Of a DNA stretch of 64,000 nucleotides, positions 19,569-29,702 are shown one piece after another (positions within the stretch are counted from its first letter, which is position 1; every line of letters begins with the position of its first letter). The DNA is from Candidatus Hydrogenedentota bacterium (GTDB lineage Bacteria > Hydrogenedentota > Hydrogenedentia > Hydrogenedentales > JAEUWI01). The DNA is taken from contig JAXMOL010000040.1 of assembly GCA_034669905.1 (NCBI GenBank), positions 1-64,000 of the forward strand, written 5' to 3'. The translations under genes were made by a program, and so were the position numbers. The notes under the pieces are model-generated. The model searched no databases. It saw only the letters and a program-made list of their open reading frames with translations, and was not told the DNA's origin.

Positions 19569-21092
19569 CTATTCCAGCGCCTTAAGCACCTCGGCCGCTT
19601 TACGCTCATAGAGATCCTGCCAGGCGGGATCCAGCAGGCATTCCGTGACTTCATAGCCGCCCATCGCATATTCCGAGGCCGGTGGGCCGTAGTGAATGTA
19701 GCCGTTGGAATAGGCCGCCACAAAGGTGTGCTCAAAGGGGGACGCGTTCTTCACATTCATCCCGACGGTAGAGAGCATCTCGGTCGGTGACGAGACCAGG
19801 ACAAAGTCACCGATGCGAATTCCCTGCACCTCGGTGTCCACCGTTTCCTCGCCCGAATCGTCATTAATCTTCTGATGCCGACGGAGCGTTGCGATTTTGT
19901 CCTGTATCCGCGCGAGCTTCTCCATGGACTGGATATTGCGCACATACTTGGCCAGGTGGGAGCGGTTCTGGTTGTCGATATTCGTGAACTCATCTTCGCC
20001 GATAGATTCCGACTGGAGATAGCGGTATTTGTAGTCCAGGGGATGCTCGGGATCCATCAGGTGGCGGACATAGAGGGGTACGAAGGTCTTCAGATTCAGG
20101 CTCGTTCCCCGCAGGGATTTCAGGAGACTCGCCTGCTCGGCTTCCAGTTCGGCCACCCGTTCATCAAAGTCGGCCTTACGGGGCAGGGGCAGCGCCTGAT
20201 TGACAACGCGCAGTCCCGCGGGCTTGGTCTCAATGGCCCGAACCGCCTTCAGCGTCGTCAACCCCAGGATACGCCCCTCAGGTGCTGAGTCCCGAGCGCG
20301 ATTGACGTCTTTGTAAAGAATGGGCGTAATGTCTCCACCCGCGCCTTGTAAGAAGATCGCCATGGCCCCCGGCAGATTTTCCTCGATGGCCTGGGACGCG
20401 AAGCCGGGAAAGTCAGCGGTCACCCCGCCTTCCGGCACCGTCACGTAGGGATGGCAGGCAAAGTTATAGACCACCGCCAGGGGCGAGCCATCTTCCTTAT
20501 CCAAACGAAGAATACCAATTTCCGTGTCCACCGGCCCCACACTCTCTACCACATTGTCCGGAGGCGACGGATTGCTGTGCCGAATGGTCCAGCCCGTGCC
20601 ATCACTCAGGCGCAGGGTGCGGTTCATGGAGATTCGCGCTTCATCGCCCGAGCCCGCTCCCGCCGTAACAGGCACCATCCCTTCCCGGGCACGTTTGACC
20701 GCATCAAAGGTGCGGGCTACTTGCTCTTCATGGGAACATAGGAAATTGAGCGGGGGGTGATTGTGGGAGGCATTGACCAATACGTGCTTTCCGGGAATCC
20801 CCAGCTCGCCTTCAATTCGTGCGCGAAGCTCGGGCAAGAAAGCATCGGTCACTTCGCCGATTCCACCGATAGCGGTCACGTCCATGCCGATAATTACCGC
20901 CTGGGTGCTGCCATCGTCCAACACGAGGACCTTCGAATAAACGGGATCATTGATGCGTAGCCCTTCTTCGACCCGGGAGATGTCACTCTTGGCCACCCCC
21001 GCACGCAAGGTATCTGCCCATACGGTCGAGACGGACACCACTAAAAACGTCAGGCACGTAGCGACGTGCAACACCCGAAAAAGCATGTTCAT
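19569..21092 (-). CDS. Neutral/alkaline ceramidase-like family protein
   Basis: Signal peptide; motifs LRAGVA, ASHNH, NFACHP, ADFPG, LQGAGGD, YSNGY and GGYE. Confidence 0.75.
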   Translation of the reverse strand: MNMLFRVLHVATCLTFLVVSVSTVWADTLRAGVAKSDISRVEEGLRINDPVYSKVLVLDDGSTQAVIIGMDVTAIGGIGEVTDAFLPELRARIEGELGIPGKHVLVNASHNHPPLNFLCSHEEQVARTFDAVKRAREGMVPVTAGAGSGDEARISMNRTLRLSDGTGWTIRHSNPSPPDNVVESVGPVDTEIGILRLDKEDGSPLAVVYNFACHPYVTVPEGGVTADFPGFASQAIEENLPGAMAIFLQGAGGDITPILYKDVNRARDSAPEGRILGLTTLKAVRAIETKPAGLRVVNQALPLPRKADFDERVAELEAEQASLLKSLRGTSLNLKTFVPLYVRHLMDPEHPLDYKYRYLQSESIGEDEFTNIDNQNRSHLAKYVRNIQSMEKLARIQDKIATLRRHQKINDDSGEETVDTEVQGIRIGDFVLVSSPTEMLSTVGMNVKNASPFEHTFVAAYSNGYIHYGPPASEYAMGGYEVTECLLDPAWQDLYERKAAEVLKALE

Positions 21093-21272
21093 TAATCCTC
21101 CTGGTAAGACGGAAAGCCATTCTCCCTGCGAGGGGCCAGTGTACGGGCAGGAAGACAACCGGTTCAACTGGCAGGCAGGGCCTTTCGCTCGAACTCCTCG
21201 GCACGCGCGCCTTGAAGAATTCATGCATTGGTTCTAGAATGAATACCAGTAATTAATAGAAGGATTCCCCCC

Positions 21273-22412
21273 ATGAAATTCACGCTGATTACCTTCATCC
21301 TTATCCTAGCGGGAGCCACCGCCGTGCACGCCCAACCCCAGACACTGAGTCATTTATTTCAACTTCGAGACGCAAAGACCCGATCGATCAGTCCGGAAAA
21401 CCTCACGGGCGCCAAGGGCCAGGGTGGGAAGACCCCGGTCGAAGAAGGCACCGCCCACCGTGCCGCCCGGGAGCTCGGAACCGGTTGGAAGGTCAACCCC
21501 TACATCCATATCGAACCGGGAACAACCTTCACCTTGGGTGAAATTACCGGGTCCGGCATAATTAACCACATCTGGCTCACACCGGTAGGCACCTATCGCG
21601 ACTTGATCCTTCGTTTTTACTGGGACGATGAGACAGAAGCCTCGGTAGAAGTTCCCGTGGGCGATTTTTTTGCCTCGGGCTGGGGCATGGGGAACGAACC
21701 GCGCATCAGTTCCCTCGCTGTCTGTGTAAATCCCCGCAGTGGCTTTAATTCCTATTGGCAGATGCCCTTTAGAAAAGGCGCCCGGGTCACGATGGAAAAC
21801 CGCGCCGATAAAAAAGCCACCATCTACTACCAGATTGACTATTCCTTAGAGGCGGTACCGGAGAACACGCCCTACTTCCATGCCCAGTTTCGCCGCACCA
21901 ACCCTCTTCCCTCCAAGGAAGTCTTTACCATTGTAGATGGCATTCAGGGGCGGGGGAACTATGTGGGCACGTCCCTGTCCCATGGTGCCAATAGCCCTGG
22001 CTGGTGGGGTGAAGGGGAAATCAAGTTCTACCTGGACGGGGATGACGCCTATCCGACCATTTGTGGCACGGGTGAGGAAGACTACTTCTGCGGTTCCTAT
22101 GGCTACGGCGAGCATACGGTCGACGGAAAAGACGTCTATGAGGACTTCACCACGCCCTATGGCGGTTTCTATCATGTGGCCAACTATGAAGGTGCCCAGC
22201 GTCGTTTCGGGCAGTACCGCTGGCACATCACCGACCCCATCCGCTTTGAGAAAGACCTGCGAATTACCATTCAAAGCCTCGGCTGGCAGAGCGAGGGCCG
22301 CTATCTTCCGCTGGAAGACGACCTGGCATCCGTCGCCTATTGGTATCAACTGGAACCCCATGCCCCCTTCCCCAACCTGCCCGACCGGGAAGCACTCCGC
22401 ATTACAGACTAA
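21273..22412 (+). CDS. DUF2961 / GH172 family glycoside hydrolase
   Basis: Motifs RSISPEN.TG.KG.GG, SVEVPVGDFF, WWGEGEIKFY, GTGEEDYF and YRWHI.DPI. Confidence 0.92.
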   Translation: MKFTLITFILILAGATAVHAQPQTLSHLFQLRDAKTRSISPENLTGAKGQGGKTPVEEGTAHRAARELGTGWKVNPYIHIEPGTTFTLGEITGSGIINHIWLTPVGTYRDLILRFYWDDETEASVEVPVGDFFASGWGMGNEPRISSLAVCVNPRSGFNSYWQMPFRKGARVTMENRADKKATIYYQIDYSLEAVPENTPYFHAQFRRTNPLPSKEVFTIVDGIQGRGNYVGTSLSHGANSPGWWGEGEIKFYLDGDDAYPTICGTGEEDYFCGSYGYGEHTVDGKDVYEDFTTPYGGFYHVANYEGAQRRFGQYRWHITDPIRFEKDLRITIQSLGWQSEGRYLPLEDDLASVAYWYQLEPHAPFPNLPDREALRITD

Positions 22413-22514
22413 ACCGGAAGGAGCCCCTTCCCATGGACCTTGAGACGGGTCCTATGGAAATGGGCGCGTGCGACACACGGCCGCACGCGCCCACCAATTT
22501 CTGCTGCAATTGGG

Positions 22515-22859
22515 TCAGACCACGCCAACCACCTGTTTTTTATCAAGCAAGAGTTGAATCACGTTTTTCTTGTAACGCACTTCCACCTTTATCTTCTTGG
22601 CATACTTCGGTGCCTGCTTTTTCACGTCCGCCAGCGATGTTATTTTCTTATCTTCCAGTATCTCCGCGACACGATCCTCAAAGGCCCCTATCGCAAGCGG
22701 TGCACTCTTCCCCGACTGCGTCCTTTTCTTCTTATCGAGCTCATTGAAGAAACGCTGAATCTTTTCTACGTCAGCCCCTTCCTTCTGCAGCATCTTCGAA
22801 ACCTTCGACCGTTTGCTGCCATAAAGCCACTTGTACCCGGTGCCGCTGATTTTCGCCAT
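22515..22859 (-). CDS. Small basic hypothetical protein
   Basis: 114-aa Lys-rich ORF with an AAGGA-like RBS. It fills the gap between convergent/divergent neighbours. Confidence 0.65.
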   Translation of the reverse strand: MAKISGTGYKWLYGSKRSKVSKMLQKEGADVEKIQRFFNELDKKKRTQSGKSAPLAIGAFEDRVAEILEDKKITSLADVKKQAPKYAKKIKVEVRYKKNVIQLLLDKKQVVGVV

Positions 22860-23072
22860 TCGATTTCCTTTCCTGCAAAACACTATTCCGTATTATACCG
22901 CTGATAGTCTTAGTATACTTTCTATTTTGCCATACAAATCCGGCATGGTCCAATTCCGCCCTCCACAATACCCGCCGCTCCCATGGCGAACGACTCGCAC
23001 AAGACGGGGGCCCACGTGTTAGAATCAACGAAACTGGACGAACCCCACATCCCCAAGGGACGAGGTATCAAC

Positions 23073-23474
23073 ATGGCCGAGAAAATCACCAAGACCGATG
23101 CAGAATGGCAGGAATCCCTGACCCCGGAGCAATTCCATGTCACCCGCGAAAAGGGCACCGAACGGGCCTTCACCGGCGCGTATCACGATGAAAAGCGCCC
23201 CGGAACCTATCATTGTGTGGCCTGTGGACAGCCCCTCTTCGACGCCGCACACAAGTTCGATTCCGGCACAGGATGGCCCAGCTACTACCAGCCAATTGCC
23301 CCGGAAAACGTGGAGACCGAGGACGATACCAAGTTCGGCATGAGCCGTACGGAGGTGCATTGCAGCCGTTGTGACAGCCATCTGGGCCATGTCTTTCCCG
23401 ATGGTCCGGCCCCTACCGGTCAGCGCTACTGCATCAACTCCGCCTCCCTGAAACTGGAAGCGCGAAACGAATAG
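23073..23474 (+). CDS. msrB: Peptide-methionine (R)-S-oxide reductase
   Basis: Motifs [36 protein letters not shown] and RYCINS. Confidence 0.97.
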   Translation: MAEKITKTDAEWQESLTPEQFHVTREKGTERAFTGAYHDEKRPGTYHCVACGQPLFDAAHKFDSGTGWPSYYQPIAPENVETEDDTKFGMSRTEVHCSRCDSHLGHVFPDGPAPTGQRYCINSASLKLEARNE

Positions 23475-23587
23475 ACGGCAGGAAATATGCCCGACCTGTT
23501 AACCAATCGGGACGACTTATCGTTTCCCTTACGTAGTCCCATGTTTTATCTCTTCACACGAAGACAGCATTTTTGAAAGTCCGTCTC

Positions 23588-23983
23588 ATGAAGTCAAACA
23601 GTGGATTCACCCTCATTGAGCTCATTCTCGTTACGGTTATCATCGGTATACTGGCGGGCATGGTGGTCGTTACCTTCGGCGGGCGCGTCCAGGAATCCCA
23701 GTTCCGCGCGGCCAAAGGCGACATCGCAAGCCTCTCTGGCGCCATCGACCTCTATGCCCTGGACCACAATGATGTCTATCCACCTGGATTGGAGGCGCTG
23801 ACGGCCGCCGTAAATGGCAAGCGCAACTATGTCAAAGAGCTTCGCAATGACCCCTGGGGCAACCCCTATCTCTACAAACCCGCGACCAGTGCACTCAAAG
23901 CGGACTATCAGGTCTGGTCATCGGGGCCCGATGGTATCCCCGGCAATGAAGATGACGTGACGAGTGCGTCCAAACTGGAGTAG
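23588..23983 (+). CDS. gspG: Type II secretion major pseudopilin GspG
   Basis: Prepilin motif GFTLIEL; DPWGNPYLY; SSGPDG...DD. Confidence 0.9.
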   Translation: MKSNSGFTLIELILVTVIIGILAGMVVVTFGGRVQESQFRAAKGDIASLSGAIDLYALDHNDVYPPGLEALTAAVNGKRNYVKELRNDPWGNPYLYKPATSALKADYQVWSSGPDGIPGNEDDVTSASKLE

Positions 23984-23987
23984 GCGT

Positions 23988-24500
23988 ATGACCCACGCAT
24001 CCGGCGGACACCGGGGCTTTAGCTTCCTCGAGTTGCTGGTCGTGGTGAGTATTCTGGCCGTACTTACGGCCGCCATCGTACCCCTTTACGGCATCTCCGT
24101 CCGCTCCCTTCAACAGCGCAGCGTCCGCGGAGACTTCGTCGCCACCCTCTATTTCCTTCAGGAACTGTCCATACAGCAATCCCGGGAATTGCGCCTGTTT
24201 ATTGACCCCGAAGAAAACACATGGTCGGCCCACGGCTGGATCTCGGGCATGGGGGAAGACAAAGTTTTTGCCCCCCTGACGGTCAATGCCCTGGGGGAAA
24301 AGCACTATTTTCCAGACACCCTTCCGGTCCAGCGTCTCCGAGGTCAGACCGCCCGTGGTCAGAAAACGCCCTACATCACCTTCTATCCGAACGGAGCATG
24401 TGACAACGCGGAACTCCGGTTTGGCCCCACGAACAGCAATCGCCCTCTGATGACCATCGAAACGACGGGCACCCTCGGCGGGGTGGTGGTATCACCATGA
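23988..24500 (+). CDS. Minor pseudopilin, GspH-like
   Basis: Prepilin motif GFSFLEL; ITFYPNG motif; position after gspG. Confidence 0.8.
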   Translation: MTHASGGHRGFSFLELLVVVSILAVLTAAIVPLYGISVRSLQQRSVRGDFVATLYFLQELSIQQSRELRLFIDPEENTWSAHGWISGMGEDKVFAPLTVNALGEKHYFPDTLPVQRLRGQTARGQKTPYITFYPNGACDNAELRFGPTNSNRPLMTIETTGTLGGVVVSP

Positions 24501-24964
24501 GAACGCGGCGCCGGGGCTATATACTCGTAGAAACCATTACGGCCATGGCCATCCTCAGTGTAACGGCGATCACCGTGCAGCGGGCCCTCCACGTCGCCGT
24601 TGAAGCCCGCGGCCTGGCCCGGGACTACAGCACGGCCCAATTTCTCCTTGACAATCTGGTCGCTGAAAAGCGCCTTCAACCCCGCCTGCGCGCGGGGGAT
24701 GGCGATTCCGGCACCTTCCCTCCCCCCAACGAACGATTCCAGTACCGTTGGCGTCTGGAAGAAGTCTCCCTGCCCCTTCCCGAGTTTCCGGCCCACTACA
24801 CGGCAGAGCAGATTACGGCGACCCAGGCGTCCTTCCTGGGGCATATGGGACGCCTGGAGGTAACGATCACCTGGACGCGGGCGGGCGAACCCAACCAGAT
24901 TGTGGCCGAAACCCTCTTGAGCCCCGATCAGGTCTGGCGTGAAGTCGATGGGGGGACGCCATGA
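24497..24964 (+). CDS. Minor pseudopilin, GspI-like
   Basis: Prepilin motif GYILVE; G.F....RF.YRW; overlapping ATGA junction. Confidence 0.78.
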   Translation: MRTRRRGYILVETITAMAILSVTAITVQRALHVAVEARGLARDYSTAQFLLDNLVAEKRLQPRLRAGDGDSGTFPPPNERFQYRWRLEEVSLPLPEFPAHYTAEQITATQASFLGHMGRLEVTITWTRAGEPNQIVAETLLSPDQVWREVDGGTP

Positions 24965-25683
24965 AGAAACGTGCCCGATCAGGCTTCACCCTCGTTGAGC
25001 TGCTGGTGGCTACACTCCTGCTGACCCTCGTCATGACCGCGGTGTATACCCTCTTTTCCACCGTGATTCAGTCCTGGCGCTCCATGGAAGACGATGGGAA
25101 CCTGCACCGTAAAGCCCGACACGCCCAGTCCCTGCTGCAGCGGGACTACGCCAACCTGTTTGGTGCGGCAGCGCACCTCATGGAGGGCAACAGCGACGGG
25201 TTGACCTTTTATATCGTCGCAGCCCCCTTGGCCCCTGAAGCAGGAACGTCGCCCCAGCTCTTGCAGCTACGCTATCGCTTCGACGAGGCTACCGGCAAAC
25301 TCTATCGGGAAGAGGCCCTGGTGTCTGCCCCCCTTCCTACGCCCGGGCAGGTGGAAGCCGGTGGCCCTATTGCACCGGAGGATCTTGAGACGTACCCCCC
25401 GCAGGTAATCGCCCGAAACGTCCGTCGTGTTTCCTTCGCCTATGTCTGGATGCCCCAACCCGAGGGAGCCTGGTGGCGCAGTTCACCCGAGACCATCACC
25501 CCCCTGATCGCCCGCTACCATCGGCCCTTGTGGGGGCTTCCCCAGGCGCTCGATGTGCACCTGGAGTTTGCCCCGGTCGAAGGAGAGCTCCCCCATCAGA
25601 CCACGCTGCGACTCCTTACCCGTGCCCCCAACCAGCGGCGCGAGCGGTACCAATTGGAAAATATCCTGGGAGACGCGTTATGA
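24961..25683 (+). CDS. Minor pseudopilin, GspJ-like
   Basis: Prepilin motif GFTLVEL; C-terminal LPQAL motif; translational coupling. Confidence 0.8.
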   Translation: MKKRARSGFTLVELLVATLLLTLVMTAVYTLFSTVIQSWRSMEDDGNLHRKARHAQSLLQRDYANLFGAAAHLMEGNSDGLTFYIVAAPLAPEAGTSPQLLQLRYRFDEATGKLYREEALVSAPLPTPGQVEAGGPIAPEDLETYPPQVIARNVRRVSFAYVWMPQPEGAWWRSSPETITPLIARYHRPLWGLPQALDVHLEFAPVEGELPHQTTLRLLTRAPNQRRERYQLENILGDAL

Positions 25684-26645
25684 AACACCGCCCCCATGGA
25701 TTTGTTCTGGTAACGGTACTGTGGGTCGTCGCTTTATTGGCCGTCATTACTATTTCCTATCATCACCGCGCCCGCCTCGAGTTGCGCGCCGCCCGATACA
25801 GCCTCGACAGCGCACAGGCCCGTATGACTGCACGGGCTGCCCTCGAACGGGGATTGGTCGCCCTGCGCAACAAAACCATGCTGGAGCACATGGCACGACC
25901 CGCCAACCCGGCGAACGTGAGCCCCCACACCCACCACGGGCAAGCCTGGGCACAGCCCCAGGACCTCTATTCCGCGGTCGGCCAATTGAAGCCCGGCGAA
26001 GGCTTTGAGCAAGACGTGGCAGAATACCGGATAACCGATTTGGAGAGCCGTTTCAATATCAACGAGTTGCCAGAAGATATCCTCGCCGCCTTGCCCGGCA
26101 TGTCCCGCCCGATTGCCCGTCGCATCCACTACCGGCGCGAGGGCGACTCCGACGCCGGGGCTCCTCCCCAACTCTTCCAACACGTCTCGGAATTGCGGCA
26201 GATTCGGGGCGTCGATGACGAGGCCTGGCGGGGTGCGCAGGATGAGCCCGGTCTCCGGGATGTCCTCACCACCTACGGAGACGCCCTGGTCAACATAAAC
26301 ACCGCACCAGCATCCGTTCTGGAAGCCCTCCCCGAGGTGGATCAGGGTGCCGTCGCAGACCTCATTCAAGTCCGCAATGGACCGGATGGGGTCCCCCACA
26401 CCGCCGATGATCGCGGTTTCGCGGATTGGGAATCCTTCCGCACCGCGACCCAAATCGACGGACGCAGCCTTGCAGCCTTCCAGCGATTTTGCAAGTTCAA
26501 TTCCAACTACTTTAAGATTAGCGCTATGGCGACACGACGTGGCGGCATGATTCGTTCTCAATGTAGTGCCATCGTTTATGTACCCGACGGTTCCAACGTG
26601 GCCAGTCTACTCTCGTGGTCGGAGGAATCTCTTGGCTCTCCCTGA
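25680..26645 (+). CDS. gspK: Pseudopilin GspK
   Basis: GFVLVTVLW (no E5, typical of K); DLESRFNIN; VNINTAP..VLEALP; SNYFKI. Confidence 0.88.
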   Translation: MKHRPHGFVLVTVLWVVALLAVITISYHHRARLELRAARYSLDSAQARMTARAALERGLVALRNKTMLEHMARPANPANVSPHTHHGQAWAQPQDLYSAVGQLKPGEGFEQDVAEYRITDLESRFNINELPEDILAALPGMSRPIARRIHYRREGDSDAGAPPQLFQHVSELRQIRGVDDEAWRGAQDEPGLRDVLTTYGDALVNINTAPASVLEALPEVDQGAVADLIQVRNGPDGVPHTADDRGFADWESFRTATQIDGRSLAAFQRFCKFNSNYFKISAMATRRGGMIRSQCSAIVYVPDGSNVASLLSWSEESLGSP

Positions 26646-28059
26646 TGCCGCAATAACCCTGGTGCAGTTGGATGGGACTGCGACAACATCGCTCCGGATT
26701 GTTCCCGGGGCTCCGTTCCCTGCCCAGATCCACTATTCGCCCGAGGGCACTTTACCCCTCCCGCAAGACCCATCCCACGACGCCCTCACTCCGTGCATCA
26801 TCCTGCTGCCACGACACGAAGTAACCCTCCGTATTTTGACGCTGCCCAGCCAGGACCCGGCTGAAATCGCGGCGATGGTGCAATTCGATGCCGCCGACTC
26901 GGTCCCCTACCCCATTGATGAGATGGAAATTCGCCATGAGCTCCTCGCGCCCCTTCCCGGTGGCGAGTCACGCGTGCTGGTGGTCTTGCTCCAGCGCGCG
27001 AAAATGAACGAAGACATCGCGGCCCTTCAGCGCGCCGGCGGGGAAGCCATTGACGTGGTGCTCAGTAGCATGTGCCTCGTCGCGGCGGCGGGTGAAGCAA
27101 CGGCGTCCACAGGCGATGTGGCCATCCTGCATGTCGACCGTTCCTCCCTGGAATTGGTCGTAGTTCGACAAGGGATCTTATCCTTCAGTCGCGCCATTAC
27201 CCAGGCCGCGCCATGGAACCTGGAGGATCCCCACAGCCGGGAATCCCTGACCTATGAGGCCCGTGAGCTTCTGGGAGCCTACCGACGGGAAAGTGCCGAT
27301 GGCTTGGGCGTCGAAGAAGTCCATATCAGCGCCACCGGTCTGCCCGCCGAAAGCATCGCCACCCTCCTGGAGGACGCCCTGGGAAAACCGTGTCCCCTGG
27401 CCGAATTTCTCCCCGAGTTCAACACTACGACGGGACCCGGTCCCGCAACCTTTGCGGGGGCCTACCGCCTCTATCAGGCAGAAGGCCCCATGCCCTTGTC
27501 CCTCGCACCACCCGGTTTGGCACGCCAACGTACCCTGCGGCGTGCGCAAGCAGGTATTCGACAGGCCACGTTACTCGTCGGTGTTGTGCTGCTCGCCGCG
27601 CTCCTCTGTTTCGCACAGGCCTGGTGGCAACGACACCAGCTCATCGTAGAACTGGAACGGGAACGGGACATCATTGCCCCCCGTGCGGAAGGTATCGCGG
27701 CCAAGCAACAGGGACTCCGTATCATCTCCCGGCAGGTCGAGCAGGGCGCCTCGTTTCTCGAGATACTCGCGGGCCTCGCCGAAGCGGCCCCCCCATCCGA
27801 CCTTAACATCACGCGCATCCAATATGATCGCGCATCCGGACTTGACGTCTGGGGTCGGGCCACGTCCAAAGACCGGATTCTGAAAGACTTCCTCGGCGGC
27901 ATCCGCCGGGAGGCATCAAAGAACCTGGCGCTCTTTTCCCAGGCCCACAGCCTCTACGAGACGGTGGGTACCGAGCGCGATCAGCCCATTGTGAATTATC
28001 AGATCACCATTCCACTCAGCGAGGAGGACGTCGATGGCACTGCGCCCCCAACTCGCTGA
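26632..28059 (+). CDS. GspL / PilM-PilN-like assembly platform protein
   Basis: Actin-like N-terminal region (R.LTLPS.D..EI..MV.F.....VPY), a TM helix, then a PilN-like periplasmic region. TTG start after a GGAGG RBS. Confidence 0.72.
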   Translation: MALPDAAITLVQLDGTATTSLRIVPGAPFPAQIHYSPEGTLPLPQDPSHDALTPCIILLPRHEVTLRILTLPSQDPAEIAAMVQFDAADSVPYPIDEMEIRHELLAPLPGGESRVLVVLLQRAKMNEDIAALQRAGGEAIDVVLSSMCLVAAAGEATASTGDVAILHVDRSSLELVVVRQGILSFSRAITQAAPWNLEDPHSRESLTYEARELLGAYRRESADGLGVEEVHISATGLPAESIATLLEDALGKPCPLAEFLPEFNTTTGPGPATFAGAYRLYQAEGPMPLSLAPPGLARQRTLRRAQAGIRQATLLVGVVLLAALLCFAQAWWQRHQLIVELERERDIIAPRAEGIAAKQQGLRIISRQVEQGASFLEILAGLAEAAPPSDLNITRIQYDRASGLDVWGRATSKDRILKDFLGGIRREASKNLALFSQAHSLYETVGTERDQPIVNYQITIPLSEEDVDGTAPPTR

Positions 28060-29092
28060 ACTCTGGCAACGCCGCAGCCCCCGGGAACAGGTACTCGCCT
28101 TCACGGTGCTGGGACTACTCGCCCTCTTTCTGTCCTTCGCGACCTTGGGCCTCGCCATGCGCACACTGGGGCGTATGGATCGTGATATAGAGCGTCTTTC
28201 GACCGACATCATCAACTACCACTATCAGATCGCCCGAAGGGACAGCATCGACGCCCGCTTCGCCCAGGTCGCCACCCAACACTCCAGCGCCTGGACAGAA
28301 TCACAGATCCGTGACCGTCTCCGATTGGAAATCTATCGCCTGGCCAATCGTGTCCCCCCGGGCCTCGACTCCGATGGCATTCCTTTGAGCACCAATGGCG
28401 AAGGTGGGGAGCTTGTTTCTATCCCCCAGCTGGGCCAAGGTCGCCTGGAAGAAGGGGGCGATGGGTACCGCGAGTACCAGATCTCGGTGCAGATACCACC
28501 CGCGCCCGTGAACGATTTGCTGGCCTACCTGGAACGCCTGCAAAGCAGTCCCCAATCACTTCGGCTCGATCGCGTGGACCTTCGGCGCGATCCCGCCCAG
28601 TCCATGCTGCGCGCCTCCCTCGATATCACACGCATCGTGGTCGACACGCCATTCTTCGATGCTGAGACAGCGTCGACTTCCAGGACGTCACCACCCGACG
28701 AAATTCTTCTCGCCCCCGATGACTGGCAACAGGAAGGCTGTGATGTACAACGGGACACCGACGGGACCTTCACCGTGGTGGCGCTGAATAACCACGGAGA
28801 GGCCGCCCTGCGGCGCACCTTGCCGTCGGGAGCAACCTATGATCTTCAGATGACCGTGGCAACCGAGGGCGCGGCGCAAATCCTCGTGGCTACCGATACG
28901 GAAAACTTTTCGGGAGAAACACGCGGCCCTGTGGATACCGAAGGAAAATGGATGGTCCTTCGCACGCGATTCACCGTACCTGAGAGTCCCCTCGGAGAGG
29001 TTGAGCTCCACGTCCCTGCCCTTGTCTTCGAGAAAGATGGCGCCCGTCTCCACATTCGTCGAATGACGCTCATAGAGGTACAACCCGCATGA
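28034..29092 (+). CDS. GspM/PilO-like protein with an extra C-terminal beta-rich domain
   Basis: W..RSPREQ followed by a TM helix; LL.YL..LQ.SP..LR...VD; about 130 aa of C-terminal extension. Confidence 0.68.
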   Translation: MALRPQLAELWQRRSPREQVLAFTVLGLLALFLSFATLGLAMRTLGRMDRDIERLSTDIINYHYQIARRDSIDARFAQVATQHSSAWTESQIRDRLRLEIYRLANRVPPGLDSDGIPLSTNGEGGELVSIPQLGQGRLEEGGDGYREYQISVQIPPAPVNDLLAYLERLQSSPQSLRLDRVDLRRDPAQSMLRASLDITRIVVDTPFFDAETASTSRTSPPDEILLAPDDWQQEGCDVQRDTDGTFTVVALNNHGEAALRRTLPSGATYDLQMTVATEGAAQILVATDTENFSGETRGPVDTEGKWMVLRTRFTVPESPLGEVELHVPALVFEKDGARLHIRRMTLIEVQPA

Positions 29093-29589
29093 CCTTCCGC
29101 CACTTCAAACAGGGCGCCATCGCGCTCACGGCCCTGTTGCTCCTGCTCACCCTTTATCGGGGCGCCCTTAACCCGATGAATCAGGAGCGGGACGCGCTCA
29201 AGCGAGCCCTCGCGGAAATCCCTGCGCAGGCCCCCCTGGACGATCATCCGGGACAAGACTATGCCCGATTGATGCAACGTATTGACCGTGCCCCCCACCT
29301 CTGGCAAGCACTGGTGGCACCGCCCCCGGCGCCCGCCGTGGCACCGCCCCCCAAAGCCAGTGCCCCCGATTTGGACGCCATGCTCGCCGATATTCGCGTA
29401 AGTAAGGCGCAAATCGGCACGACAAAGATTAAGATTTTCACCCCCGAATCGCCCCGGGGCGAGTGGATCCGTCTGGGTACCGTCATCAACGGCTGCACCC
29501 TGGAATCCTTTACCGGGGATGAGGCCATCTTCAGCTATTATTGGAAGGCAGGTGACGAAACCTTGCGATTGGCCATACCCCGCGAGTAG
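29089..29589 (+). CDS. T2SS-associated membrane protein (GspC/PilP-like position)
   Basis: N-terminal TM helix, Pro-rich linker, and W..LG..ING..LE small beta domain. It directly precedes the secretin. Confidence 0.55.
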   Translation: MTFRHFKQGAIALTALLLLLTLYRGALNPMNQERDALKRALAEIPAQAPLDDHPGQDYARLMQRIDRAPHLWQALVAPPPAPAVAPPPKASAPDLDAMLADIRVSKAQIGTTKIKIFTPESPRGEWIRLGTVINGCTLESFTGDEAIFSYYWKAGDETLRLAIPRE

Positions 29590-29702
29590 ACCAAAACGGG
29601 GCAGGGCTGCGTGGAAGCCGGTAGTATGGTAGAATCGCTCTCTATCGAAGGGTTGAGTGGAGTAATGGGCACGCGTGATGCTTTCGTGCTCGGGACAGGT
29701 GT

